From Eledone cirrhosa (taxonomy: Eukaryota): DNA of 64,000 nt. Each line of letters starts with the position of its first letter. The first letter of the stretch is position 1. Of the stretch, positions 1-15,340 are shown in pieces. Position numbers and translations under genes: made by a program. Below the pieces are notes generated by a model, which saw only the letters and a list, made by a program, of their open reading frames with translations, ran no database searches and was not told the origin of the DNA. The stretch covers positions 2,025-66,024 of the forward strand of contig CAXHJY010001198.1 in NCBI GenBank assembly GCA_964016885.1, written 5' to 3'.

Positions 1-2289
1 TACTGTCAATCCACCTGCCCTAGACATGTCTGACACTCTACTACCAATTACTGTCAACTCCACCGCCCTAGACATGTGTGACACTCTACCAAATTACTGT
101 CAATCCACTGCCCTAGACATGTGTGACACTCTACCAATTACTGTCAACCCACCGCCCTAGACATGTGTGACACTCTACCAATTACTGTCAGTCCACTGCC
201 CTAGACATGTGTGACACTCTACCAATTACTGTCAATCCACTGCCCTAGACATGTGTGACACTCTACCAATTACTGTCAGTCCACTGCCCTAGACATGTGT
301 GACACTCTACCAATTACTGTCAATCCACTGCCCTAGACATGTGTGACACTCTACCAATTACTGTCAATCCACTGCCCTAGACATGTGTGACACTCTACCA
401 ATTACTGTCAAGTCCACTGCCCTAGACATGTGTGACACTCTACCAATTACTGTCAATCCACTGCCCTAGACATGTGTGACCTACCAATTACTGTCAATCC
501 ACTGCCCTAGACATGTGTGACACTCTACCAATTACTGTCAGTCCACTGCCCTAGACATGTGTGACACTCTACCAATTACTGTCAATCCACTGCCCTAGAC
601 ATGTGTGACACTCTACCAATTACTGTCAAGTCCACTGCCCTAGACATGTGTGACACTCTACCAATTACTGTCAATCCACTGCCCTAGACATGTGTGACAC
701 TCTACCAATTACTGTCAATCCACTGCCCTAGACATGTGTGACACTCTACCAATTACTGTCAATCCACTGCCCTAGACATGTGTGACACTCTACAAACTCG
801 ACTACCAATTACTGTCAGTCCACTGCCCTAGACATGTGTGACACTCTACCAATTACTGTCAGTCCACTGCCCTAGACCATGTGTGACACTCTACCAATTA
901 CTGTCAATCCACTGCCCTAGACATGTGTGACACTCTACCAATTACTGTCAATCCACTGCCCTAGACATGTGTGACACTCTACCAATTACTGTCAATCCAC
1001 TGCCCTAGACATGTGTGACACTCTACCAATTACTGTCAATCCACTGCCCTAGACATGTGTGACACTCTACCAATTACTGTCAATCCACTGCCCTAGACAT
1101 GTGTGACACTCTACCAATTACTGTCAATCCACTGCCCTAGACATGTGTGACACTCTACCAATTACTGTCAATCCACTGCCCTAGACATGTGTGACACTCT
1201 ACCAATTACTGTCAATCCACTGCCCTAGACATGTGTGACACTCTACCAATTACTGTCAATCCACTGCCCTAGACATGTGTGACTTACCAATTACTGTCAA
1301 TCCACTGCCCTAGACATGTGTGACACTCTACCAATTACTGTCAGTCCACTGCCCTAGACATGTGTGACTACCAATTACTGTCAATCCACTGCCCTAGACA
1401 TGTGTGACACTCTACCAATTACTGTCAATCCACTGCCCTAGACATGTGTGACACTCTACCAATTACTGTCAATCCACTGCCCTAGACATGTGTGACACTC
1501 TACCAATTACTGTCAGTCCACTGCCCTAGACATGTGTGACACTCTACCAATTACTGTCAGTCCACTGCCCTAGACATGTGTGACACTCTACCAATTACTG
1601 TCAATCCACTGCCCTAGACATGTGTGACACTCTACCAATTACTGTCAGTCCACTGCCCTAGACATGTGTGACACTCTACCAATTACTGTCAATCCACTGC
1701 CCTAGACATGTGTGACACTCTACCAATTACTGTCAATCCACTGCCCTAGACATGTGTGACACTCTACCAATTACTGTCAATCCACTGCCCTAGACATGTG
1801 TGACACTCTACCAATTACTGTCAGTCCACTGCCCTAGACATGTGTGACACTCTACCAATTACTGTCAAGTCCACTGCCCTAGACATGTGTGACACTCTAC
1901 CAATTACTGTCAATCCACTGCCCTAGACATGTGTGACACTCTACCAATTACTGTCAATCCACTGCCCTAGACATGTGTGACACTCTACCAATTACTGTCA
2001 ATCCACTGCCCTAGACATGTGTGACACTCTACCAATTACTGTCAATCCACTGCCCTAGACATGTGTGACACTCTACCAATTACTGTCAGTCCACTGCCCT
2101 AGACATGTGTGACACTCTACCAATTACTGTCAATCCACTGCCCTAGACATGTGTGACACTCTACCAATTACTGTCAGTCCACTGCCCTAGACATGTGTGA
2201 CACTCTACCAATTACTGTCAATCCACCGCCCTAGACATGTGTGACACTCTACCAATTACTGTCAATCCACCGCCCTAGACATGTGTGAC

Positions 2290-5200
2290 ACTCTACCAAT
2301 TACTGTCAGTCCACTGCCCTAGACATGTGTGACCCTACCAATTACTGTCAATCCACCGCCCTAGACATGTGTGACACTCTACCAATTACTGTCAGTCCAC
2401 TGCCCTAGACATGTGTGACTACCAATTACTGTCAATTCACCGCCCTAGACATGTGTGACACTCTACCAATTACTGTCAATCCACTGCCCTAGACATGTGT
2501 GACACTCTACCAATTACTGTCAGTCCACTGCCCTAGACATGTGTGACACTCTACCAATTACTGTCAGTCCACTGCCCTAGACATGTGTGACCTACCAATT
2601 ACTGTCAATCCACTGCCCTAGACATGTGTGACACTCTACCAATTACTGTCAATCCACCGCCCTAGACATGTCTGACACTCTACCAATTACTGTCAACCCA
2701 CCGCCCTAGACATGTGTGACACTCTACAAATTACTGTCAATCCACTGCCCCTAGACATGTGTGACACTCTACCAATTACTGTCAACCCACCGCCCTAGAC
2801 ATGTGTGACACTCTACCAATTACTGTCAGTCCACTGCCCTAGACATGTGTGACACTCTACCAATTACTGTCAATCCACTGCCCTAGACATGTGTGACACT
2901 CTACCAATTACTGTCAGTCCACTGCCCTAGACATGTGTGACACTCTACCAATTACTGTCAATCCACTGCCCTAGACATGTGTGACACTCTACCAATTACT
3001 GTCAATCCACTGCCCTAGACATGTGTGACACTCTACCAATTACTGTCAGTCCACTGCCCTAGACATGTGTGACACTCTACCAATTACTATCAATCCACTG
3101 CCCTAGACATGTGTGACTACCAATTACTGTCAATCCACTGCCTAGACATGTGTGACACTCTACCAATTACTGTCAGTCCACTGCCCTAGACATGTGTGAC
3201 TACCAATTACTGTCAATCCACTGCCCTAGACATGTGTGACACTCTACCAATTACTGTCAATCCACTGCCCTAGACATGTGTGACACTCTACCAATTACTG
3301 TCAATCCACTGCCCTAGACATGTGTGACACTCTACCAATTACTGTCAATCCACTGCCCTAGACATGTGTGACACTCTACCAATTACTGTCAATCCACTGC
3401 CCTAAACATGTGTGACACTCTACCAATTACTGTCAGTCCACTGCCCTAGACATGTGTGACACTCTACCAATTACTGTCAGTCCACTGCCCTAGACATGTG
3501 TGACACTCTACCAATTACTGTCAATCCACTGCCCTAGACATGTGTGACACTCTACCAATTACTGTCAATCCACTGCCCTAGACATGTGTGACACTCTACC
3601 AATTACTGTCAATCCACTGCCCTAGACATGTGTGACACTCTAACAATTACTGTCAATCCACTGCCCTAGACATGTGTGACACTCTACCAATTACTGTCAA
3701 TCCACTGCCCTAGACATGTGTGACACTCTACCAATTACTGTCAATCCACTGCCCTAGACATGTGTGACACTCTACCAATTACTGTCAATCCACTGCCCTA
3801 GACATGTGTGACACTCTACCAATTACTGTCAGTCCACTGCCCTAGACATGTGTGACACTCTACCAATTACTATCAATCCACTGCCCTAGACATGTGTGAC
3901 TACCAATTACTGTCAATCCACTGCCCTAGACATGTGTGTACCAATTACTGTCAGTCCACTGCCCTAGACATGTGTGACTACCAATTACTGTCAATCCACT
4001 GCCCTAGACATGTGTGACACTCTACCAATTACTGTCAATCCACTGCCCTAGACATGTGTGACACTCTACCAATTACTGTCAATCCACTGCCCTAGACATG
4101 TGTGACACTCTACCAATTACTGTCAATCCACTGCCCTAGACATGTGTGACACTCTACCAATTACTGTCAGTCCACTGCCCTAGACATGTGTGACACTCTA
4201 CCAATTACTGTCAGTCCACTGCCCTAGACATGTGTGACACTCTACCAATTACTGTCAATCCACTGCCCTAGACATGTGTGACACTCTACCAATTACTGTC
4301 AATCCACTGCCCTAGACATGTGTGACACTCTACCAATTACTGTCAATCCACTGCCCTAGACATGTGTGACACTCTACCAATTACTGTCAATCCACTGCCC
4401 TAGACATGTGTGACACTCTACCAATTACTGTCAATCCACTGCCCTAGACATGTGTGACACTCTACCAATTACTGTCAGTCCACTGCCCTAGACATGTGTG
4501 ACACTCTACCAATTACTGTCAATCCACCGCCCTAGACATGTGTGACACTCTACCAATTACTGTCAGTCCACTGCCCTAGACATGTGTGACACTCTACCAA
4601 TTACTGTCAATCCACTGCCCTAGACATGTGTGACACTCTACCAATTACTGTCAGTCCACTGCCCTAGACATGTGTGACACTCTACCAATTACTGTCAATC
4701 CACTGCCCTAGACATGTGTGACACTCTACCAATTACTGTCAGTCCACTGCCCTAGACATGTGTGACTACCAATTACTGTCAGTCCACTGCCCTAGACATG
4801 TGTGACTACCAATTACTGTCAATCCACCGCCCTAGACGTGTGTGACACTCTACCAATTACTGTCAATCCACTGCCCTAGACATGTGTGACACTCTACCAA
4901 TTACTGTCAATCCACTGCCCTAGACATGTGTGACACTCTACCAATTACTGTCAGTCCACTGCCCTAGACATGTGTGACACTCTACCAATTACTGTCAATC
5001 CACTGCCCTAGACATGTGTGACACTCTACCAATTACTGTCAGTCCACTGCCCTAGACATGTGTGACTACCAATTACTGTCAATCCACCGCCCTAGACATG
5101 TGTGACACTCTACCAATTACTGTCAGTCCACTGCCCTAGACATGTGTGACACTCTACCAATTACTGTCAATCCACTGCCCTAGACATGTGTGACACTCTA

Positions 5201-8200
5201 CCAATTACTGTCAATCCACTGCCCTAGACATGTGTGACTACCAATTACTGTCAATCCACCGCCCTAGACATGTGTGACACTCTACCAATTACTGTCAATC
5301 CACTGCCCTAGACATGTGTGACACTCTACCAATTACTGTCAATCCACTGCCCTAGACATGTGTGACACTCTACCAATTACTGTCAATCCACTGCCCTAGA
5401 CATGTGTGACACTCTACCAATTACTGTCAATCCACTGCCCTAGACATGTGTGACACTCTACCAATTACTGTCAATCCACTGCCCTAGACATGTGTGACAC
5501 TCTACCAATTACTGTCAATCCACTGCCCTAGACATGTGTGACACTCTACCAATTACTGTCAATCCACTGCCCTAGACATGTGTGACACTCTACCAATTAC
5601 TGTCAGTCCACTGCCCTAGACATGTGTGACACTCTACCAATTACTGTCAATCCACCGCCCTAGACATGTGTGACACTCTACCAATTACTGTCAGTCCACT
5701 GCCCTAGACATGTGTGACACTCTACCAATTACTGTCAATCCACCGCCCTAGACATGTGTGACACTCTACCAATTACTGTCAGTCCACTGCCCTAGACATG
5801 TGTGACACTCTACCAATTACTGTCAATCCACTGCCCTAGACATGTGTGACACTCTACCAATTACTGTCAGTCCACTGCCCTAGACATGTGTGACTACCAA
5901 TTACTGTCAGTCCACTGCCCTAGACATGTGTGACTACCAATTACTGTCAATCCACCGCCCTAGACGTGTGTGACACTCTACCAATTACTGTCAATCCACT
6001 GCCCTAGACATGTGTGACACTCTACCAATTACTGTCAATCCACTGCCCTAGACATGTGTGACACTCTACCAATTACTGTCAGTCCACTGCCCTAGACATG
6101 TGTGACACTCTACCAATTACTGTCAATCCACTGCCCTAGACATGTGTGACACTCTACCAATTACTGTCAGTCCACTGCCCTAGACATGTGTGACTACCAA
6201 TTACTGTCAATCCACCGCCCTAGACATGTGTGACACTCTACCAATTACTGTCAGTCCACTGCCCTAGACATGTGTGACACTCTACCAATTACTGTCAATC
6301 CACTGCCCTAGACATGTGTGACACTCTACCAATTACTGTCAATCCACTGCCCTAGACATGTGTGACTACCAATTACTGTCAATCCACCGCCCTAGACATG
6401 TGTGACACTCTACCAATTACTGTCAATCCACCGCCCTAGACATGTGTGACACTCTACCAATTACTGTCAGTCCACTGCCCTAGACATGTGTGACTACCAA
6501 TTACTGTCAATCCACCGCCCTAGACATGTGTGACACTCTATCAATTACTGTCAATCCACTGCCCTAGACATGTGTGACACTCTACCAATTACTGTCAGTC
6601 CACTGCCCTAGACATGTGTGACTACCAATTACTGTCAATCCACCGCCCTAGACATGTCTGACACTCTACCAATTACTGTCAATCCACTGCCCTAGACATG
6701 TGTGACACTCTACCAATTACTGTCAGTCCACTGCCCTAGACATGTGTGACACTCTACCAATTACTGTCAGTCCACTGCCCTAGACATGTGTGACTACCAA
6801 TTACTGTCAATCCACCGCCCTAGACATGTGTGACACTCTACCAATTACTGTCAGTCCACTGCCCTAGACATGTGTGACACTCTACCAATTACTGTCAGTC
6901 CACTGCCCTAGACATGTGTGACTACCAATTACTGTCAATCCACCGCCCTAGACATGTGTGACACTCTACCAATTACTGTCAATCCACTGCCCTAGACATG
7001 TGTGACACTCTACCAATTACTGTCAGTCCACTGCCCTAGACATGTGTGACACTCTACCAATTACTGTCAGTCCACTGCCCTAGACATGTGTGACTACCAA
7101 TTACTGTCAATCCACCGCCCTAGACATGTCTGACACTCTACCAATTACTGTCAACCCACCGCCCTAGACATGTGTGACACTCTACAAATTACTGTCAATC
7201 CACTGCCCTAGACATGTGTGACACTCTACCAATTACTGTCAACCCACCGCCCTAGACATGTGTGACACTCTGCCAATTACTGTCAGTCCACTGCCCTAGA
7301 CATGTGTGACACTCTACCAATTACTGTCAATCCACTGCCCTAGACATGTGTGACACTCTACCAATTACTGTCAGTCCACTGCCCTAGACATGTGTGACAC
7401 TCTACCAATTACTGTCAACCCACCGCCCTAGACATGTGTGACACTCTGCCAATTACTGTCAGTCCACTGCCCTAGACATGTGTGACACTCTACCAATTAC
7501 TCTCAATCCACTGCCCTAGACATGTGTGACACTCTACCAATTACTGTCAGTCCACTGCCCTAGACATGTGTGACACTCTACCAATTACTGTCAATCCACT
7601 GCCCTAGACATGTGTGACACTCTACCAATTACTGTCAATCCACTGCCCTAGACATGTGTGACACTCTACCAATTACTGTCAGTCCACTGCCCTAGACATG
7701 TGTGACACTCTACCAATTACTATCAATCCACTGCCCTAGACATGTGTGACTACCAATTACTGTCAATCCACTGCCCTAGACATGTGTGACACTCTACCAA
7801 TTACTGTCAGTCCACTGCCCTAGACATGTGTGACACTCTACCAATTACTGTCAATCCACTGCCCTAGACATGTGTGACACTCTACCAATTACTGTCAATC
7901 CACTGCCCTAGACATGTGTGACACTCTACCAATTACTGTCAATCCACTGCCCTAGACATGTGTGACACTCTACCAATTACTGTCAATCCACTGCCCTACA
8001 CATGTGTGACACTCTACCAATTACTGTCAGTCCACTGCCCTAGACATGTGTGACACTCTACCAATTACTGTCAGTCCACTGCCCTAGACATGTGTGACAC
8101 TCTACCAATTACTGTCAATCCACTGCCCTAGACATGTGTGACACTCTACCAATTACTGTCAATCCACTGCCCTAGACATGTGTGACACTCTACCAATTAC

Positions 8201-11200
8201 TGTCAATCCACTGCCCTAGACATGTGTGACACTCTACCAATTACTGTCAATCCACTGCCCTAGACATGTGTGACACTCTACCAATTACTGTCAATCCACT
8301 GCCCTAGACATGTGTGACACTCTACCAATTACTGTCAATCCACTGCCCTAGACATGTGTGACACTCTACCAATTACTGTCAATCCACTGCCCTAGACATG
8401 TGTGACACTCTACCAATTACTGTCAGTCCACTGCCCTAGACATGTGTGACACTCTACCAATTACTATCAATCCACTGCCCTAGACATGTGTGACTACCAA
8501 TTACTGTCAATCCACTGCCCTAGACATGTGTGACACTCTACCAATTACTGTCAGTCCACTGCCCTAGACATGTGTGACTACCAATTACTGTCAATCCACT
8601 GCCCTAGACATGTGTGACACTCTACCAATTACTGTCAATCCACTGCCCTAGACATGTGTGACACTCTACCAATTACTGTCAATCCACTGCCCTAGACATG
8701 TGTGACACTCTACCAATTACTGTCAATCCACTGCCCTAGACATGTGTGACACTCTACCAATTACTGTCAGTCCACTGCCCTAGACATGTGTGACACTCTA
8801 CCAATTACTGTCAGTCCACTGCCCTAGACATGTGTGACTACCAATTACTGTCAATCCACCGCCCTAGACATGTGTGACACTCTACCAATTACTGTCAGTC
8901 CACTGCCCTAGACATGTGTGACTACCAATTACTGTCAATTCACCGCCCTAGACATGTGTGACACTCTACCAATTACTGTCAATCCACTGCCCTAGACATG
9001 TGTGACACTCTACCAATTACTGTCAGTCCACTGCCCTAGACATGTGTGACACTCTACCAATTACTGTCAGTCCACTGCCCTAGACATGTGTGACTACCAA
9101 TTACTGTCAATCCACTGCCCTAGACATGTGTGACACTCTACCAATTACTGTCAATCCACCGCCCTAGACATGTCTGACACTCTACCAATTACTGTCAACC
9201 CACCGCCCTAGACATGTGTGACACTCTACAAATTACTGTCAATCCACTGCCCTAGACATGTGTGACACTCTACCAATTACTGTCAACCCACCGCCCTAGA
9301 CATGTGTGACACTCTACCAATTACTGTCAGTCCACTGCCCTAGACATGTGTGACACTCTACCAATTACTGTCAATCCACTGCCCTAGACATGTGTGACAC
9401 TCTACCAATTACTGTCAGTCCACTGCCCTAGACATGTGTGACACTCTACCAATTACTGTCAATCCACTGCCCTAGACATGTGTGACACTCTACCAATTAC
9501 TGTCAATCCACTGCCCTAGACATGTGTGACACTCTACCAATTACTGTCAGTCCACTGCCCTAGACATGTGTGACACTCTACCAATTACTATCAATCCACT
9601 GCCCTAGACATGTGTGACTACCAATTACTGTCAATCCACTGCCCTAGACATGTGTGACACTCTACCAATTACTGTCAGTCCACTGCCCTAGACATGTGTG
9701 ACTACCAATTACTGTCAATCCACTGCCCTAGACATGTGTGACACTCTACCAATTACTGTCAATCCACTGCCCTAGACATGTGTGACACTCTACCAATTAC
9801 TGTCAATCCACTGCCCTAGACATGTGTGACACTCTACCAATTACTGTCAATCCACTGCCCTAGACATGTGTGACACTCTACCAATTACTGTCAATCCACT
9901 GCCCTAAACATGTGTGACACTCTACCAATTACTGTCAGTCCACTGCCCTAGACATGTGTGACACTCTACCAATTACTGTCAGTCCACTGCCCTAGACATG
10001 TGTGACACTCTACCAATTACTGTCAATCCACTGCCCTAGACATGTGTGACACTCTACCAATTACTGTCAATCCACTGCCCTAGACATGTGTGACACTCTA
10101 CCAATTACTGTCAATCCACTGCCCTAGACATGTGTGACACTCTAACAATTACTGTCAATCCACTGCCCTAGACATGTGTGACACTCTACCAATTACTGTC
10201 AATCCACTGCCCTAGACATGTGTGACACTCTACCAATTACTGTCAATCCACTGCCCTAGACATGTGTGACACTCTACCAATTACTGTCAATCCACTGCCC
10301 TAGACATGTGTGACACTCTACCAATTACTGTCAGTCCACTGCCCTAGACATGTGTGACACTCTACCAATTACTATCAATCCACTGCCCTAGACATGTGTG
10401 ACTACCAATTACTGTCAATCCACTGCCCTAGACATGTGTGTACCAATTACTGTCAGTCCACTGCCCTAGACATGTGTGACTACCAATTACTGTCAATCCA
10501 CTGCCCTAGACATGTGTGACACTCTACCAATTACTGTCAATCCACTGCCCTAGACATGTGTGACACTCTACCAATTACTGTCAATCCACTGCCCTAGACA
10601 TGTGTGACACTCTACCAATTACTGTCAATCCACTGCCCTAGACATGTGTGACACTCTACCAATTACTGTCAGTCCACTGCCCTAGACATGTGTGACACTC
10701 TACCAATTACTGTCAGTCCACTGCCCTAGACATGTGTGACACTCTACCAATTACTGTCAATCCACTGCCCTAGACATGTGTGACACTCTACCAATTACTG
10801 TCAATCCACTGCCCTAGACATGTGTGACACTCTACCAATTACTGTCAATCCACTGCCCTAGACATGTGTGACACTCTACCAATTACTGTCAATCCACTGC
10901 CCTAGACATGTGTGACACTCTACCAATTACTGTCAATCCACTGCCCTAGACATGTGTGACACTCTACCAATTACTGTCAGTCCACTGCCCTAGACATGTG
11001 TGACACTCTATCAATTACTGTCAATCCACCGCCCTAGACATGTGTGACACTCTACCAATTACTGTCAGTCCACTGCCCTAGACATGTGTGACACTCTACC
11101 AATTACTGTCAATCCACCGCCCTAGACATGTGTGACACTCTACCAATTACTGTCAGTCCACTGCCCTAGACATGTGTGACACTCTACCAATTACTGTCAA

Positions 11201-14200
11201 TCCACTGCCCTAGACATGTGTGACACTCTACCAATTACTGTCAGTCCACTGCCCTAGACATGTGTGACTACCAATTACTGTCAGTCCACTGCCCTAGACA
11301 TGTGTGACTACCAATTACTGTCAATCCACCGCCCTAGACGTGTGTGACACTCTACCAATTACTGTCAATCCACTGCCCTAGACATGTGTGACACTCTACC
11401 AATTACTGTCAATCCACTGCCCTAGACATGTGTGACACTCTACCAATTACTGTCAGTCCACTGCCCTAGACATGTGTGACACTCTACCAATTACTGTCAA
11501 TCCACTGCCCTAGACATGTGTGACACTCTACCAATTACTGCCAGTCCACTGCCCTAGACATGTGTGACTACCAATTACTGTCAATCCACCGCCCTAGACA
11601 TGTGTGACACTCTACCAATTACTGTCAGTCCACTGCCCTAGACATGTGTGACACTCTACCAATTACTGTCAATCCACTGCCCTAGACATGTGTGACACTC
11701 TACCAATTACTGTCAATCCACTGCCCTAGACATGTGTGACTACCAATTACTGTCAATCCACCGCCCTAGACATGTGTGACACTCTACCAATTACTGTCAA
11801 TCCACTGCCCTAGACATGTGTGACACTCTACCAATTACTGTCAATCCACTGCCCTAGACATGTGTGACACTCTACCAATTACTGTCAATCCACTGCCCTA
11901 GACATGTGTGACACTCTACCAATTACTGTCAATCCACTGCCCTAGACATGTGTGACACTCTACCAATTACTGTCAATCCACTGCCCTAGACATGTGTGAC
12001 ACTCTACCAATTACTGTCAATCCACTGCCCTAGACATGTGTGACACTCTACCAATTACTGTCAATCCACTGCCCTAGACATGTGTGACACTCTACCAATT
12101 ACTGTCAGTCCACTGCCCTAGACATGTGTGACACTCTACCAATTACTGTCAATCCACCGCCCTAGACATGTGTGACACTCTACCAATTACTGTCAGTCCA
12201 CTGCCCTAGACATGTGTGACACTCTACCAATTACTGTCAATCCACCGCCCTAGACATGTGTGACACTCTACCAATTACTGTCAGTCCACTGCCCTAGACA
12301 TGTGTGACACTCTACCAATTACTGTCAATCCACTGCCCTAGACATGTGTGACACTCTACCAATTACTGTCAGTCCACTGCCCTAGACATGTGTGACTACC
12401 AATTACTGTCAGTCCACTGCCCTAGACATGTGTGACTACCAATTACTGTCAATCCACCGCCCTAGACGTGTGTGACACTCTACCAATTACTGTCAATCCA
12501 CTGCCCTAGACATGTGTGACACTCTACCAATTACTGTCAATCCACTGCCCTAGACATGTGTGACACTCTACCAATTACTGTCAGTCCACTGCCCTAGACA
12601 TGTGTGACACTCTACCAATTACTGTCAATCCACTGCCCTAGACATGTGTGACACTCTACCAATTACTGTCAGTCCACTGCCCTAGACATGTGTGACTACC
12701 AATTACTGTCAATCCACCGCCCTAGACATGTGTGACACTCTACCAATTACTGTCAGTCCACTGCCCTAGACATGTGTGACACTCTACCAATTACTGTCAA
12801 TCCACTGCCCTAGACATGTGTGACACTCTACCAATTACTGTCAATCCACTGCCCTAGACATGTGTGACTACCAATTACTGTCAATCCACCGCCCTAGACA
12901 TGTGTGACACTCTACCAATTACTGTCAATCCACCGCCCTAGACATGTGTGACACTCTACCAATTACTGTCAGTCCACTGCCCTAGACATGTGTGACTACC
13001 AATTACTGTCAATCCACCGCCCTAGACATGTGTGACACTCTATCAATTACTGTCAATCCACTGCCCTAGACATGTGTGACACTCTACCAATTACTGTCAG
13101 TCCACTGCCCTAGACATGTGTGACTACCAATTACTGTCAATCCACCGCCCTAGACATGTCTGACACTCTACCAATTACTGTCAATCCACTGCCCTAGACA
13201 TGTGTGACACTCTACCAATTACTGTCAGTCCACTGCCCTAGACATGTGTGACACTCTACCAATTACTGTCAGTCCACTGCCCTAGACATGTGTGACTACC
13301 AATTACTGTCAATCCACCGCCCTAGACATGTGTGACACTCTACCAATTACTGTCAGTCCACTGCCCTAGACATGTGTGACACTCTACCAATTACTGTCAG
13401 TCCACTGCCCTAGACATGTGTGACTACCAATTACTGTCAATCCACCGCCCTAGACATGTGTGACACTCTACCAATTACTGTCAATCCACTGCCCTAGACA
13501 TGTGTGACACTCTACCAATTACTGTCAGTCCACTGCCCTAGACATGTGTGACACTCTACCAATTACTGTCAGTCCACTGCCCTAGACATGTGTGACTACC
13601 AATTACTGTCAATCCACCGCCCTAGACATGTCTGACACTCTACCAATTACTGTCAACCCACCGCCCTAGACATGTGTGACACTCTACAAATTACTGTCAA
13701 TCCACTGCCCTAGACATGTGTGACACTCTACCAATTACTGTCAACCCACCGCCCTAGACATGTGTGACACTCTGCCAATTACTGTCAGTCCACTGCCCTA
13801 GACATGTGTGACACTCTACCAATTACTGTCAATCCACTGCCCTAGACATGTGTGACACTCTACCAATTACTGTCAGTCCACTGCCCTAGACATGTGTGAC
13901 ACTCTACCAATTACTGTCAACCCACCGCCCTAGACATGTGTGACACTCTGCCAATTACTGTCAGTCCACTGCCCTAGACATGTGTGACACTCTACCAATT
14001 ACTGTCAATCCACTGCCCTAGACATGTGTGACACTCTACCAATTACTGTCAGTCCACTGCCCTAGACATGTGTGACACTCTACCAATTACTGTCAATCCA
14101 CTGCCCTAGACATGTGTGACACTCTACCAATTACTGTCAATCCACTGCCCTAGACATGTGTGACACTCTACCAATTACTGTCAGTCCACTGCCCTAGACA

Positions 14201-15340
14201 TGTGTGACACTCTACCAATTACTATCAATCCACTGCCCTAGACATGTGTGACTACCAATTACTGTCAATCCACTGCCCTAGACATGTGTGACACTCTACC
14301 AATTACTGTCAGTCCACTGCCCTAGACATGTGTGACACTCTACCAATTACTGTCAATCCACTGCCCTAGACATGTGTGACACTCTACCAATTACTGTCAA
14401 TCCACTGCCCTAGACATGTGTGACACTCTACCAATTACTGTCAATCCACTGCCCTAGACATGTGTGACACTCTACCAATTACTGTCAATCCACTGCCCTA
14501 CACATGTGTGACACTCTACCAATTACTGTCAGTCCACTGCCCTAGACATGTGTGACACTCTACCAATTACTGTCAGTCCACTGCCCTAGACATGTGTGAC
14601 ACTCTACCAATTACTGTCAATCCACTGCCCTAGACATGTGTGACACTCTACCAATTACTGTCAATCCACTGCCCTAGACATGTGTGACACTCTACCAATT
14701 ACTGTCAATCCACTGCCCTAGACATGTGTGACACTCTACCAATTACTGTCAATCCACTGCCCTAGACATGTGTGACACTCTACCAATTACTGTCAATCCA
14801 CTGCCCTAGACATGTGTGACACTCTACCAATTACTGTCAATCCACTGCCCTAGACATGTGTGACACTCTACCAATTACTGTCAATCCACTGCCCTAGACA
14901 TGTGTGACACTCTACCAATTACTGTCAGTCCACTGCCCTAGACATGTGTGACACTCTACCAATTACTATCAATCCACTGCCCTAGACATGTGTGACTACC
15001 AATTACTGTCAATCCACTGCCCTAGACATGTGTGACACTCTACCAATTACTGTCAGTCCACTGCCCTAGACATGTGTGACTACCAATTACTGTCAATCCA
15101 CTGCCCTAGACATGTGTGACACTCTACCAATTACTGTCAATCCACTGCCCTAGACATGTGTGACACTCTACCAATTACTGTCAATCCACTGCCCTAGACA
15201 TGTGTGACACTCTACCAATTACTGTCAATCCACTGCCCTAGACATGTGTGACACTCTACCAATTACTGTCAGTCCACTGCCCTAGACATGTGTGACACTC
15301 TACCAATTACTGTCAGTCCACTGCCCTAGACATGTGTGAC
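2290..15340. repeat. Tandem duplication with 6502-bp period (two copies)
   Basis: Rare variants pair at offset 6502: CTAAAC 3403/9905, TAACAA 3641/10143, 38-bp monomer 3939/10441, TATCAA 6541/13043, TGCCAA 7271/13773, CTACAC 7999/14501. Confidence 0.93.
4150..6440. repeat. 1128-bp (26-monomer) tandem duplication nested in the 6.5-kb unit
   Basis: GACGTG marker at 4838/5966 and again at 11340/12468. 1128 = 26x44 - 4x4, matching four 40-bp monomers per unit. Boundaries approximate. Confidence 0.8.
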
